A DNA stretch of 24,000 nt. It comes from Gammaproteobacteria bacterium AS21 (lineage in GTDB: Bacteria > Pseudomonadota > Gammaproteobacteria > Pseudomonadales > Balneatricaceae). The number at the start of each line of letters is the position of its first letter. Position 1 is the stretch's first letter. Of this stretch, positions 1 to 9,506 are shown one piece after another. The notes beneath the pieces were generated by a model. The model made no database searches, had not been told where the DNA came from, and was given only the letters and a program-made list of their open reading frames with translations. Both the position numbers and the translations under genes were made by a program. The stretch covers positions 290,630-314,629 of the forward strand of contig JBBMRB010000001.1 in assembly GCA_038900335.1 (NCBI GenBank), in the 5' to 3' direction.

Positions 1-380
1 CATTAAGCAGAGTCAATATGTTGGACTTTAAAGATCGACAAATAGGAGAGCTTTCCGGTGGCCAGAAAAAACGTGTTTTTTTAGCAAGAGCACTAGCACA
101 ACAGAGCTCTGTGATCTTATTAGATGAGCCTTTTACCGGTGTAGACACCACAACAGAAAAACAAATAATTAGCTTACTCAATAAGTTAGCGAAACAAGGT
201 AAAGTAATTTTAGTCTCCACTCACAACTTGAATAGTATTCCAGATTTTTGTGATAATACCATTTTAATTAATAAGACGCTGCTTGCTTTTGGCAAGACAA
301 AAGATGTATTTACAGACAATAACCTAGCGCAAACATTCGGCAAAACATTAGCGTTATTTACGCCTAACAGCTCAGTGTAA
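1..380 (+). CDS. Metal (Mn/Fe/Zn-type) ABC transporter ATP-binding protein, 5'-truncated by the window edge
   Basis: The reading frame is open from position 3 and the listed Met at 18 is internal. ABC signature LSGGQKKR and Walker [12 protein letters not shown] are present. It is followed by two ABC-3 permease genes, as in SitBCD/YfeBCD/MntBCD loci. Confidence 0.9.
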   Translation, partial: LSRVNMLDFKDRQIGELSGGQKKRVFLARALAQQSSVILLDEPFTGVDTTTEKQIISLLNKLAKQGKVILVSTHNLNSIPDFCDNTILINKTLLAFGKTKDVFTDNNLAQTFGKTLALFTPNSSV

Positions 381-410
381 CGACAGCTCATAAAGGCCAA
401 GGAAAATAAA

Positions 411-1289
411 ATGACATACTTACTCGAACCATTTCAATACGACTACATGGTGAATGCTTTTCTAATTAGCGCATTGATTTGTGCAGTATGTGCCTTTTTA
501 TCTTGTTTCTTAATGCTTAAAGGCTGGTCATTAATAGCCGATGCGTTATCGCATGCAACAGTACCAGGTGTGGCCATTGCTTATATACTAGGCCTGCCCT
601 TTTCTATTGGTGCTTTTGTATCAGGTGGCTTTGCCGCATTTTCAATTTTATTCATCAAGCAAAATACAATTTTAAAAGAAGATGTTGCTATCGGCGTGAT
701 TTTTACCACTTTTTTTGCCATAGGTTTGTTTATATTATCAATATCGCCTAGCTCTGTAGATTTACAGCAAATCTTGATGGGCAATATTTTATCTATCGCT
801 CCCTGGGATGCTCTACAAATGCTAATGATTAGCTTAGTTACTTTAGCCTTTTTAGCTTTGTACTGGAAACATTTACTAATGGTCTTTTTTGATGAGGGCC
901 AAGCCAAAACATCAGGCATTAATACCGTTTTAATTAAAGTACTATTTTTTGCCTGCTTAAGTGCAACAACACTGGCAGCTATGCAAACAGTAGGCGCACT
1001 ATTAGTGATTGCTGTTATTGTCACCCCTGGTGCTACTGCTTATTTATTAACTGATAAATTTAACCACATCATCATAATCAGCATTGCTATTGGTGTTACT
1101 AGCGCTTTTTTGGGTAGTTATACTAGTTTTTTCTTTGACGGTGTGACGGGTGCTTTAATTGTTTGTTTTCAATTAACCTTTTTTATCCTAGCGTTTTTAT
1201 TTGCACCTAAGTACGGGCTAATAAAACAGCTGCTAGCAACCAAGAAATTAAATACTAAAAATTTACAATTAGGGGCTGATCATGTTTGA
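411..1289 (+). CDS. ABC-3 family metal ABC transporter permease (SitC/YfeC-like)
   Basis: 292 aa and highly hydrophobic with multiple TM segments. N-terminal LEPFQYDYM and the motifs KGWSLIADALSHA and VTPGATAYLLTD are typical of ABC-3 permeases. RBS AAGGAAA lies upstream of the ATG. Confidence 0.9.
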   Translation: MTYLLEPFQYDYMVNAFLISALICAVCAFLSCFLMLKGWSLIADALSHATVPGVAIAYILGLPFSIGAFVSGGFAAFSILFIKQNTILKEDVAIGVIFTTFFAIGLFILSISPSSVDLQQILMGNILSIAPWDALQMLMISLVTLAFLALYWKHLLMVFFDEGQAKTSGINTVLIKVLFFACLSATTLAAMQTVGALLVIAVIVTPGATAYLLTDKFNHIIIISIAIGVTSAFLGSYTSFFFDGVTGALIVCFQLTFFILAFLFAPKYGLIKQLLATKKLNTKNLQLGADHV

Positions 1290-2160
1290 TTCTCTTAAAT
1301 CATTGATCAATAACGAGTTATTACAAGTGTTATTAGAGCCATTTGAATACGACTTCATGCTATCAGCATTTTTTGTAGCGATCACTGTCAGTATAGTGAT
1401 GGCTATGCTCTCTTGCTATATTGTATTAAAAGGCTGGTCTTTAATGGGTGATGCTATAGCGCATGCGGTATTACCGGGCATTGTTATCGCCCACTTTTTT
1501 GCCCTACCTCTAGCCATCGGCGCTTTTTTTGCCGGTTTCTTCTGTGCTTTCTCAACGGGTTTTATTAAGGCTCATAGTAGATTGAGGGAAGATACCGTGA
1601 TGGGGGTGATTTTCTCTGGTATGTTTGCCATTGGTATTGTGCTTTTTCAAAAAGCGGAAACTGATTTACACTTAACGCATTTGTTAATTGGCGACATTTT
1701 AGGAATTGAAACCGCTAATTTAATTGAGACGACTGCAATTTCTATTGTTGTGTTATTAGTTTTACTCGTTAAAGGTAGAGATTTAATGTTATTGATTTTC
1801 GACCCTCAACAAGCCTCTACATCAGGTACTAATGTAAAATTTTGGAGTTATGGTATTCAGATATTACTTGCTCTGATGATAGTCGCTGCGCTGCAAGCGA
1901 TTGGCATGATACTCGCGGTATCTCTACTTATTATTCCAGGTGCTTGTGCGATGCTAATCACTAAACGCTTTGTGACAATGCAGTTAGTGGCTTGTAGTAT
2001 CGCTGCGACTAGCTCTGCTTTAGGTGTCTACTTTAGTTTTCACCTAGATAGTGCACCCGGGGCTAGCATCGTGCTATGTATGTCTCTCACTTTTATGGTG
2101 TTATTTATCTATAAAAGTGTGGCCATCAAAAGAGCAGCTATGCAACAGCTGACTCTTTAG
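1282..2160 (+). CDS. ABC-3 family metal ABC transporter permease, second subunit (SitD/YfeD-like)
   Basis: Paralog of the preceding permease (LEPFEYDFM, KGWSLMGDAIAHAVLPG, IIPGACAMLITKR). Its start overlaps the upstream gene by 8 nt, so the two are likely translationally coupled. Confidence 0.9.
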   Translation: MFDSLKSLINNELLQVLLEPFEYDFMLSAFFVAITVSIVMAMLSCYIVLKGWSLMGDAIAHAVLPGIVIAHFFALPLAIGAFFAGFFCAFSTGFIKAHSRLREDTVMGVIFSGMFAIGIVLFQKAETDLHLTHLLIGDILGIETANLIETTAISIVVLLVLLVKGRDLMLLIFDPQQASTSGTNVKFWSYGIQILLALMIVAALQAIGMILAVSLLIIPGACAMLITKRFVTMQLVACSIAATSSALGVYFSFHLDSAPGASIVLCMSLTFMVLFIYKSVAIKRAAMQQLTL

Positions 2161-2195
2161 TCATTAACAGTAACCAAGGCAATTTCTAACTGATA

Positions 2196-2663
2196 TTAGC
2201 ATTTTATATGTTCAGATTTTGCTTTAGTTAAGTTCTTTAAATCATTGAATGATAATTCTATTTCCATCCCTCTTTTACCAGCGCTGACAAAGATAGTATC
2301 AAACTCAGCCCCACTGTCATCTATCACTGTTGCCAATAATTTTTTTTGCCCTAAAGGGCTAACACCGCCTAAAACATAGCCTGTTGATCGCTCGACATCA
2401 CCTGGCAATGCCATCGCTACCTTTTTCACATTTAATGCTTTTGCCATTGCCTTTAAACTTAATTTATTAGCAACCGGGATAATGGCAACTGCTAAAGTGC
2501 GAGTATCAATACTGACAACCAATGTTTTAAAAACCCGATTATTATCAATATTTAGTTTTTCTGCTGCTTCCAAACCATATGCTTCACTAGCAGGATCATG
2601 CTGATACTGATGTATGGTGTGAATGATTTTGTGTTTTTTGGCCATATTAATAGCGGGAGTCAT
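2196..2663 (-). CDS. ybaK: Cys-tRNA(Pro)/Cys-tRNA(Cys) deacylase YbaK
   Basis: 155 aa, collinear with E. coli YbaK as I recall it (MTPA..., HxYxHDP, FKTLVV, STGYVLGGVSPLGQKK, SAGKRG). Perfect AAGGAG RBS 8 nt upstream on the minus strand. Confidence 0.9.
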   Translation of the reverse strand: MTPAINMAKKHKIIHTIHQYQHDPASEAYGLEAAEKLNIDNNRVFKTLVVSIDTRTLAVAIIPVANKLSLKAMAKALNVKKVAMALPGDVERSTGYVLGGVSPLGQKKLLATVIDDSGAEFDTIFVSAGKRGMEIELSFNDLKNLTKAKSEHIKC

Positions 2664-2803
2664 ATTTCGTTATCTCCTTTAGAATTTTTACTCGCCAATG
2701 AACATTTTAGCGCTACATTTAACAACTATTATTGATTAAATAACAGAGTTAATGCACAGTGTGCGCATTGTATGGGCAATATATATTTAATTTTGGAGGC
2801 TAG

Positions 2804-3637
2804 ATGAAAGCATTGAGCACAGTAAAAGAATTCGGTGGTGAATTAATACGTTATCAGCATTATTCAACTAGCTGCCAATGTGATATGACTTTTTCTGTCT
2901 ACCTGCCACCATTAGCGACAACCCAAGCGGTTGCTGCTATCTATTGGCTTTCAGGCTTAACCTGCACTGATGACAACGTAAGAACTAAAGCAGGTGCTCA
3001 GCGCTATGCAGCAGAGCATGGCGTGGCTTTAGTAATGCCAGATACCAGCCCACGCGGGGATAATGTAGCCAATGACGATGCTTACGATTTAGGACAAGGT
3101 GCTGGGTTTTATATTAATGCTACTCAATCCCCATGGCAGCAGCATTATCAAATGTACGATTATATTAATATTGAGTTAGCAGAGCTAATAACACAAAATT
3201 TGCCTATTATTGCTGATAAGAAATCAATTTTTGGTCATTCTATGGGCGGACATGGTGCCATGATAAGCGCTATTAAAAACCCAGGCATGTACCAATCAGT
3301 GTCTGCATTTTCACCTATTTGTCACCCGATTGTCGCACCTTGGGGCAAAGGCTGTTTTAGCCAATACTTGGGGGATAACCAAGCAGATTGGCAAGCATGG
3401 GATAGCACTGAACTAATCAAAGCGAATGGCTTTGATTTAGCAATACTCATTGATCAAGGAGCTGCTGATAACTTCCTACATGATCAGTTATTCCCCAATG
3501 ATCTAGTGAAAGTATGCAAAGATAAAAACGTGGCATTAGAGCTACGCATGCAACCAGGCTATGATCACAGCTATCATTTTATCGCCAGTTTTATTGGTGA
3601 ACATATAGCCTATCACGCTAAAGCGTTAAATAAATAA
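2804..3637 (+). CDS. frmB: S-formylglutathione hydrolase (esterase D family)
   Basis: 277 aa, near full-length collinearity with E. coli FrmB/YeiG as I recall it (YWLSGLTC, RYAAEHG, PDTSPRG, DLGQGAGFY, nucleophile motif GHSMGGHGA, GYDHSYHFIASFIGEHIAYHA). GGAGG RBS upstream. Confidence 0.93.
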   Translation: MKALSTVKEFGGELIRYQHYSTSCQCDMTFSVYLPPLATTQAVAAIYWLSGLTCTDDNVRTKAGAQRYAAEHGVALVMPDTSPRGDNVANDDAYDLGQGAGFYINATQSPWQQHYQMYDYINIELAELITQNLPIIADKKSIFGHSMGGHGAMISAIKNPGMYQSVSAFSPICHPIVAPWGKGCFSQYLGDNQADWQAWDSTELIKANGFDLAILIDQGAADNFLHDQLFPNDLVKVCKDKNVALELRMQPGYDHSYHFIASFIGEHIAYHAKALNK

Positions 3638-3691
3638 ACTATATTTAACAGTATTTTATATTTATAACTTAATGTAAAAGGTCATATTGAT

Positions 3692-4666
3692 TTGTCTAAA
3701 CAAAGTGGTTTAAAGCAGCAGTTACATGCTAGTAACTTACATAATCAAGGTTATGATTTTGAGCAGTTATGTGAAAAATATCCGCCGCTTAATTCGTTTG
3801 TGACCATTAATAGCTATCACAATCAGAGTATAGATTTTAGTAATGGCGATGCTGTTAAAGCATTAAACCGTGCATTGTTAGCCACGTATTATAGGATTGA
3901 GCACTGGGACATTCCCGAGGGTTACTTGTGCCCTGCTATCCCAGGACGTGTCGATTACATCCATTATTTACATGATTTGTTAAGCCATTCTTTCAAGGAT
4001 ATTAAAGGTGGCGATAATCAGCAAATAAATTGCAAAAAGAATATACAAATATTAGATATTGGCACAGGCGCGAGCTGCATTTATCCGATTTTAGGACAGC
4101 GTAGTTATCAGTGGCAATTTATTGCATCTGATATTGACCCGACATCGATTAATGTTGCCTCACAGATTGTGCTTGCTAATAAAGGTTTAAAAAATAACAT
4201 TGATTGTCGCTTGCAAAGCGATGCCAATCATTTCTTTAAAGACATTTTACACGATGATGAATATCTAGATGCCACTATCTGTAATCCACCCTTTCATCAA
4301 TCTCTTGAACAGGCAAGTGCTGGCACCAGCAGAAAATGGAAAAACCTAGGTAGAGAGCAGAGCGCTAAGGCATCGTTAAATTTTGGCGGCCAAAAAGCAG
4401 AGTTGTGGTGCCCAGGTGGCGAGCTTACTTTTATCTCTAATATGATGCTAGAGAGTAAACAATATAAAAACCAAGTACTTTGGTTTACATCTTTAGTCTC
4501 TAAAAGTGCCAACTTAGCGGCATTAACAAAGCAGCTACAAAGCATAGCTGCCGCGCAAGTTAAAGTCATTGAAATGCGACAAGGTCAAAAAATTAGCCGA
4601 TTTATTGCCTGGTCATTTTTATCTTTAGATCAACAGCAAATCTGGATAAAGCAGCGTCACGGCTAA
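3692..4666 (+). CDS. rlmF: 23S rRNA (adenine1618-N6)-methyltransferase RlmF
   Basis: 324 aa with a TTG start. The N-terminus is collinear with E. coli RlmF/YbiN as I recall it (AVKALNRALL, WDIPEGYLCPAIPGRVDYIHYL). SAM motif LDIGTGASCIYP and N6-adenine MTase motif NPPFH are present. Confidence 0.9.
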   Translation: MSKQSGLKQQLHASNLHNQGYDFEQLCEKYPPLNSFVTINSYHNQSIDFSNGDAVKALNRALLATYYRIEHWDIPEGYLCPAIPGRVDYIHYLHDLLSHSFKDIKGGDNQQINCKKNIQILDIGTGASCIYPILGQRSYQWQFIASDIDPTSINVASQIVLANKGLKNNIDCRLQSDANHFFKDILHDDEYLDATICNPPFHQSLEQASAGTSRKWKNLGREQSAKASLNFGGQKAELWCPGGELTFISNMMLESKQYKNQVLWFTSLVSKSANLAALTKQLQSIAAAQVKVIEMRQGQKISRFIAWSFLSLDQQQIWIKQRHG

Positions 4667-4679
4667 GATCTGCTTTATC
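4645..4679. terminator. Perfect 10-bp stem hairpin between the convergent rlmF and UPF0126 genes; candidate bidirectional terminator
   Basis: GATAAAGCAG (4645-4654) is the exact reverse complement of CTGCTTTATC (4670-4679), with a 15-nt loop. It spans the rlmF stop codon (4664-4666) and ends 7 nt from the stop of the minus-strand gene. The flanks are A/T-rich but there is no long T-run. Confidence 0.4.
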
Positions 4680-4685
4680 AATTAT

Positions 4686-5321
4686 TTAGTTGAGTGATAT
4701 CTGTGGAAGCTTTAGTTTAAAGATAATCGCCGCAGCTCTAAGTCCAAAACCTGCTATAAATGCAGCACTGACAATAAATAATTCAGGTACGCCAAAGTAA
4801 TACAATCCAACATATACAACACTGGCAAAAAGTGCACAGCTGATATACATCTCAGGGCGCATTAACATTAAAGTCGAAGAGCATAATACATCACGCATAA
4901 TACCGCCAAATGTCGCTGACATAACCCCCATGACAATCGCGACAACGAAAGGCGTGTCACTATCTAAAGCGACTTGTGTACCCATCACCGCAAACACACT
5001 TAAACCCAGTGCATCTAACCAGACTATCCAGAAATCTCTTTTTAAAAACAACTTGGTGGCAAAATAAGCAAATGCAGATGAGCCTATACACAAGTAGATA
5101 GTAAGGGGCTCCCTCACCCAAAACACTGGGATATCTAATAACAAATCACGCAGTGTACCACCGCCAATCCCCGTCACTGTTCCCATTAAAATAAAACCGA
5201 GAATATCCATGCCTTTCTTAGCAGCGAACAGTGCCCCGGATATAGAAAATACGATAACACCTGTTACTGAAAAAATATAAATTAACTGGTTAATCAGCTG
5301 CTCGAACATTAAATTAGTCAC
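4686..5321 (-). CDS. UPF0126 / TRIC-family (YadS/YicG-like) inner-membrane cation-channel protein
   Basis: 211 aa with about 7 hydrophobic segments. It carries two copies of the glycine-rich UPF0126 motif (GTVTGIGGGTLRDLLL and SATFGGIMRDVL). Confidence 0.8.
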   Translation of the reverse strand: MTNLMFEQLINQLIYIFSVTGVIVFSISGALFAAKKGMDILGFILMGTVTGIGGGTLRDLLLDIPVFWVREPLTIYLCIGSSAFAYFATKLFLKRDFWIVWLDALGLSVFAVMGTQVALDSDTPFVVAIVMGVMSATFGGIMRDVLCSSTLMLMRPEMYISCALFASVVYVGLYYFGVPELFIVSAAFIAGFGLRAAAIIFKLKLPQISLN

Positions 5322-5617
5322 TTATATATCCCAAATTACTTAAATACATGCAGATATTTATTAAACATAGCTTAGCGTGCTCAAGCTAGCTGCAAAAAAT
5401 AGCGCGCATGATAGTAGCTAACACAATATTTATCAATGCTGGCCACAAATTTTATGCTGTCAGCGCTAGGCTTAGTGCTTTTTAAAAGCACCGTTAAGCG
5501 AATTATCAATAAACACTAAATAATTATTATTTATTGACAGGCAATGAAGTGGCAATAGAGATGATGATAGGCTGATAATTTACCAACCTATCACAATGAC
5601 ACTAAGTTAATAGAAGA

Positions 5618-7498
5618 TTAAACTTTAAATTGTTTTAAGACGTCAGCTTGCTGCTGCGTATACTCTACCATCGTTGAGCATAACTCGCGTTGTGCCTGTG
5701 CATCGTCGACAACACTCTGACTAATATTACGAATATTATGCGTGTTAACCCCTATTTCATCACTGGTTTTGCTTTGTTCTTGAGCCGATAACGCGATACT
5801 GCTAGTGATGTCACTAATTTGCGAAATTGATTGACGTATATCGCGTAAAGCCTTGTCAGCTTTGTGTGAGTTTTCACTAGTTCTGTTCGCGTGTCCCATA
5901 CTTTGCTTAATTTTCTCGACAGCTGATTTGACACCCTCTTGCAATCTTCCAATGATCTCACTGGTCTCGGTAGTAGATTGCTGAGTTCTACCAGCAAGTG
6001 CTCGTACTTCATCAGCAACAACTGAAAACCCTCTGCCTTGCTCGCCCGCTCTAGCCGCTTCAATAGCGGCATTAAGAGCAAGTAAGTTGGTTTGTTGCGC
6101 TATATTAGTGATCGAAGTTAATACGGATTCGATGTCTGCACTGTCTTGTTCAAGCTGATGGACAGTCTGTGCTGTATCATCCATATCAACCACAAGTTTT
6201 GCAATTGACTCGGTTGTTTCATTGACAATACTGGCCCCTTCTGCAGCCGAGGAATCTGCTTCATGCGCTGCTTTTTCGGCATTTTTTGCATGATTAGCCA
6301 CCTCTTGAGCAGAGTAAGATAGCTCTGTAATGGCAGCTGAAAGCATGTCTAGCTCATTGAGTTGCGTCAGTAGATCTTGCGCTGATTTTTCAGCAGATTC
6401 TGAACTTAAAGACGTATTCGTTTTTATATCAGCAGATATGTCTTTAACTTCAATAATAATTTTTTGTAAATATTGTACGAATTGGTTGAAATCAGTTGAT
6501 ACTTTACCAAATTCATCATTAGAGGTCGCAACCAAACGAGCAGTTAAATCTCCGTTGCCGTTATTGATAGCAACTAAAGAGCTCTGTAGTTTCTCTAGTG
6601 GTTTGAATAAGGTTTTCAATATCAGAAATAACGCTAAGGCTGATAGTAATACACTTAAAACCGTACCGATAATAGCGGCTATACCAAAATCATTTGCCTC
6701 TTTTAACACCTTGTCTTTTTCTAGTACCACACCAATAAACCACTTTGAGCCGCGCAATGAATCTAACGATTGAAAAGCAACAAAAACCGTTTTGTTTTCT
6801 AAGGTGAGCTCTTGCAAAGCGCCACCTACAGCTGGCACTTTATCTGTAAAAAGCTCTGTCACTTGCTTGCCGTTTAACTCTTTATTAGGATGTGAAATAA
6901 AACTGCCTTTATCATTAATTAAAAAGGCGTAACCTGTGTTGTTAAAATTTACCTTATTAATAGCATCAGAAATAGTTTCTAGACTTAAATCACCACCAAA
7001 TGCGCCTTTAAAAACACCTTTATCAGAGTATTGGGCAACCGCTGATATTAAAATATTAGGCGTCGATGCATCTAAATAAGGGTCTGTTAAAACAGCCACT
7101 TTATTGTTTTTGGCATCACTGTACCAAGGCCTTGCCCTAGCATCCCAACCCGGTGGGTTCCATGTTGGATCATTAGTAATAGGTTTACCATCTGTATCTA
7201 AACCACCAAACATAATAAGAAAACTGTCAGCTAAGAGTGGTGTATCCATCGTTTTTTGAATAGTTTCATCGCTGAATTCAGCGTCTATTCTTTGCGCCGC
7301 CATATCAATAAGCTCTAACTTACCATTGAGCCAACTTGATATCTGTTGTGATATAACAAAGGAAGTTTCGCTAATATTACTGGCCGCCCTCTCTTTAAGC
7401 GCAGACTTGACGGTATCGTACTGAATATAGGAAAATAAGGTAAAGATGATAGAAATGACAGTGGATGAGATCAAAATCGTTTTATGAGAAACTTTCAT
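5618..7498 (-). CDS. Methyl-accepting chemotaxis protein with periplasmic dCache_1 sensor, HAMP and MCP signalling domain
   Basis: 626 aa. It has an N-terminal TM, a periplasmic region of about 250 aa with the Cache hallmark WDARARPWY, and a second TM ([22 protein letters not shown]). The conserved MCP hairpin tip is present ([40 protein letters not shown]). Confidence 0.93.
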   Translation of the reverse strand: MKVSHKTILISSTVISIIFTLFSYIQYDTVKSALKERAASNISETSFVISQQISSWLNGKLELIDMAAQRIDAEFSDETIQKTMDTPLLADSFLIMFGGLDTDGKPITNDPTWNPPGWDARARPWYSDAKNNKVAVLTDPYLDASTPNILISAVAQYSDKGVFKGAFGGDLSLETISDAINKVNFNNTGYAFLINDKGSFISHPNKELNGKQVTELFTDKVPAVGGALQELTLENKTVFVAFQSLDSLRGSKWFIGVVLEKDKVLKEANDFGIAAIIGTVLSVLLSALALFLILKTLFKPLEKLQSSLVAINNGNGDLTARLVATSNDEFGKVSTDFNQFVQYLQKIIIEVKDISADIKTNTSLSSESAEKSAQDLLTQLNELDMLSAAITELSYSAQEVANHAKNAEKAAHEADSSAAEGASIVNETTESIAKLVVDMDDTAQTVHQLEQDSADIESVLTSITNIAQQTNLLALNAAIEAARAGEQGRGFSVVADEVRALAGRTQQSTTETSEIIGRLQEGVKSAVEKIKQSMGHANRTSENSHKADKALRDIRQSISQISDITSSIALSAQEQSKTSDEIGVNTHNIRNISQSVVDDAQAQRELCSTMVEYTQQQADVLKQFKV

Positions 7499-7899
7499 AG
7501 TGTAGACCTATTATTTAAATCAAATATTATTATTTTTAAAGTCATTATGTTTTAAATAGTTAGTTATTTTATAATTGCTATAAATAATACTATTTAGCAG
7601 CTATACAATGAGCATTGATGATTACTATTTAGAGAGCGCCAATTTTTTATATATCTAATATAGCTGAACGTGGTTGCGCATAAAGAAACACTAACCAAAC
7701 TTTATTTAACACTCGCTATATCGCGGTTGGCACCTTACTTATAGTAAATGATTTTTAGTTAATCTTAAGCATGAAACAGTGTATTTTTGATGTTTTAATA
7801 ACAATTGAGTGAGTTTTGATCGCAGATTTATCATTATAAAATGATAATTAAAAGAGGATGAATATTGTTAATACTTGGTTAACATATTAAGTGTTGAAA

Positions 7900-7927
7900 T
7901 TAAGAAGCCACAATCATGACTTCTTAA
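7900..7927 (-). terminator. Candidate weak intrinsic terminator downstream of purU
   Basis: TTAAGAAG (7900-7907) pairs with CTTCTTAA (7920-7927) across a 12-nt loop, 11 nt after the purU stop on the minus strand. It is followed there only by a short TTT. The stem is AT-rich, so support is weak. Confidence 0.3.
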
Positions 7928-7937
7928 TAATTAATCG

Positions 7938-8807
7938 TTATTTAAAGACGACTGTCTTATTACCATCAAGGAATACACGATGTTCAATGTGCAACTTAAC
8001 AGCCTTTGCCAAGGCAATAGTTTCTGTGTCACGCCCTATCGCCACTAAAGAGTCAGCACTATAAGTATGATCAACTACCTGCACAGCTTGTTCAATAATA
8101 GGGCCTTCATCTAAATCAGGCGTTACGTAATGAGCAGTAGCACCTATTAATTTAACGCCTCTTTCGTGTGCTTGATGATAAGGCTTTGCGCCTTTAAAGC
8201 CAGGCAAGAAAGAATGATGAATATTAATGGCTCTACCTTTTAACTGAGTACATAGGTTATCAGTTAATACTTGCATATAACGCGCTAATACCACTAATTC
8301 AGTACCACTTTCATCTACAATATCTAATAGCGCCAACTCTTGTTCGCGTTTATTCTCTTTCGTAATAGGCAGGTAGATAAAGCGAATCCCTTCTCTTTCG
8401 GCCATTGGTCGTAAATCTAAGTGATTAGAAACAATCGCTGTGACTTCCATATTGAGCTCGCCCTTGCGTAAACGATAAAGCAAATCATCTAAACAATGGT
8501 CGAATTTACTCACCATAATCATCACTTTTGATGCTTTACTTGCATCAAGTAAGCTCCACGTTAAATCCAAGCTTTCAGCTAACTCAGAGAACTGCTCTTC
8601 AAGGTCTTCTCTGGTACATTCACCTGCTTCAATATAACCGACAGCACGCATGAAAAAATGGTTGCTATCTGGATCATCGTATTGTGATAAAGCGCTGATA
8701 TAGCAGCCTCTTTCAGCTAAAAAACTTGTTACACTGGACACAATACCACTTTTAGCGGCGCAGCTAACTTTTAATATAAAATGATGATCGTTCTTAAGTT
8801 CTGTCAT
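7938..8807 (-). CDS. purU: Formyltetrahydrofolate deformylase
   Basis: 289 aa with an N-terminal ACT-like regulatory domain (ILKVSCAAKSGIVSSVTSFLAERGCYI). The C-terminal formyltransferase domain carries LARYMQVL, INIHHSFLPGFKGAKPYHQA, GATAHYVTPDLDEGPII. Confidence 0.93.
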   Translation of the reverse strand: MTELKNDHHFILKVSCAAKSGIVSSVTSFLAERGCYISALSQYDDPDSNHFFMRAVGYIEAGECTREDLEEQFSELAESLDLTWSLLDASKASKVMIMVSKFDHCLDDLLYRLRKGELNMEVTAIVSNHLDLRPMAEREGIRFIYLPITKENKREQELALLDIVDESGTELVVLARYMQVLTDNLCTQLKGRAINIHHSFLPGFKGAKPYHQAHERGVKLIGATAHYVTPDLDEGPIIEQAVQVVDHTYSADSLVAIGRDTETIALAKAVKLHIEHRVFLDGNKTVVFK

Positions 8808-9506
8808 GGTAAGCCTTATTAAATAATAGATGACGTTTTTTATATTTAAGCATTATATTGATATAGAAATTGACTAAACCCACTGGAAATATATCCAAAA
8901 AGTAACCTTTTTCATAAAAGTACAATGATTACAGCTCAAATAAAATAGCTAAGCTTTTATAATAAATGATGTCATAAATAACAAATAATAAAATATTGCA
9001 ATGCCAATACTAGTGCAGCACTTAATACCCTGTTATTTCATTAAGTTAATCAAATAAAATAGATCTCGATTCTAAGACATCAAAGACACTTATGAAAGTG
9101 CTATAAGATAAAAATACCATTTGAACGCCGCTCCTGCCTGCAGCTTAAGTTTGGTAGTTAACAAAATATAAAAGCGCACACCAACCTCACGCTATTACCT
9201 AGCTTGATGAGTGTGAAATAAGCATATATTAGTGATGCTTATGTATGCATTAGCGATTAAATAAAAATAACCAAATTGATGGTCAATAGACTCTATTTCA
9301 ACAACCAAGTTATTCATGCTGCATTAATACTCTTTATGTTTAATTAACTGATCATTAAAAAAACAAGCCAATTTGAATACATAACAATATTTTTTTAGAA
9401 CTTGGAATATCTGTATTTTGTAAACTACACTCAATCATGATGATGCAGTCGTTTTAGCAGTAACTTAATGTAAGTTTAACATGTCATTGAATAAGGATAT
9501 TGAATT

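Noticed and set aside
581-1024. 147-aa ORF on the minus strand inside the first ABC-3 permease gene
   Set aside because: It is fully antisense to a well-supported permease CDS. The sequence is low-complexity and K/I/A-rich with no recognisable motif, which is typical of a shadow ORF in AT-rich DNA.
2751-2769. Imperfect palindrome AATGCACAGTGTGCGCATT in the ybaK-frmB divergent promoter region
   Set aside because: Only 7 of 9 positions pair, and no cognate regulator such as FrmR is encoded nearby. It is not enough to call an operator.
4297-4569. 90-aa minus-strand ORF inside rlmF
   Set aside because: It is antisense to a CDS with full-length RlmF collinearity. It has no RBS or motif support.
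5752-6773. Two ORFs (5752-6081 minus, 6330-6773 plus) overlapping the chemoreceptor gene
   Set aside because: Both lie within the MCP signalling-domain coding region in alternative frames. The Ala/Ser/Leu-rich repetitive coding sequence of MCPs commonly produces such spurious frames.
7728-7742. Sigma-54-like element TGGCAC-N5-TTAT on the plus strand
   Set aside because: The -12 element is degenerate (TTAT rather than TTGC). No plus-strand gene lies downstream for about 1.8 kb, because purU is on the opposite strand.
7828-7890. Palindrome TTATCATT-ATAA-AATGATAA followed by AGAGGA and a 10-codon mini-ORF (ATG at 7858)
   Set aside because: The AT-only palindrome is expected by chance in this AT-rich spacer. 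The mini-ORF is too short and lacks context to support a leader-peptide claim.
8808-9000. Possible purine/folate-type riboswitch (ZTP or glycine) upstream of purU
   Set aside because: The purU leader is extremely AT-rich and lacks the conserved GC-rich cores of those riboswitch classes as I recall them. An Infernal scan would be the proper test.
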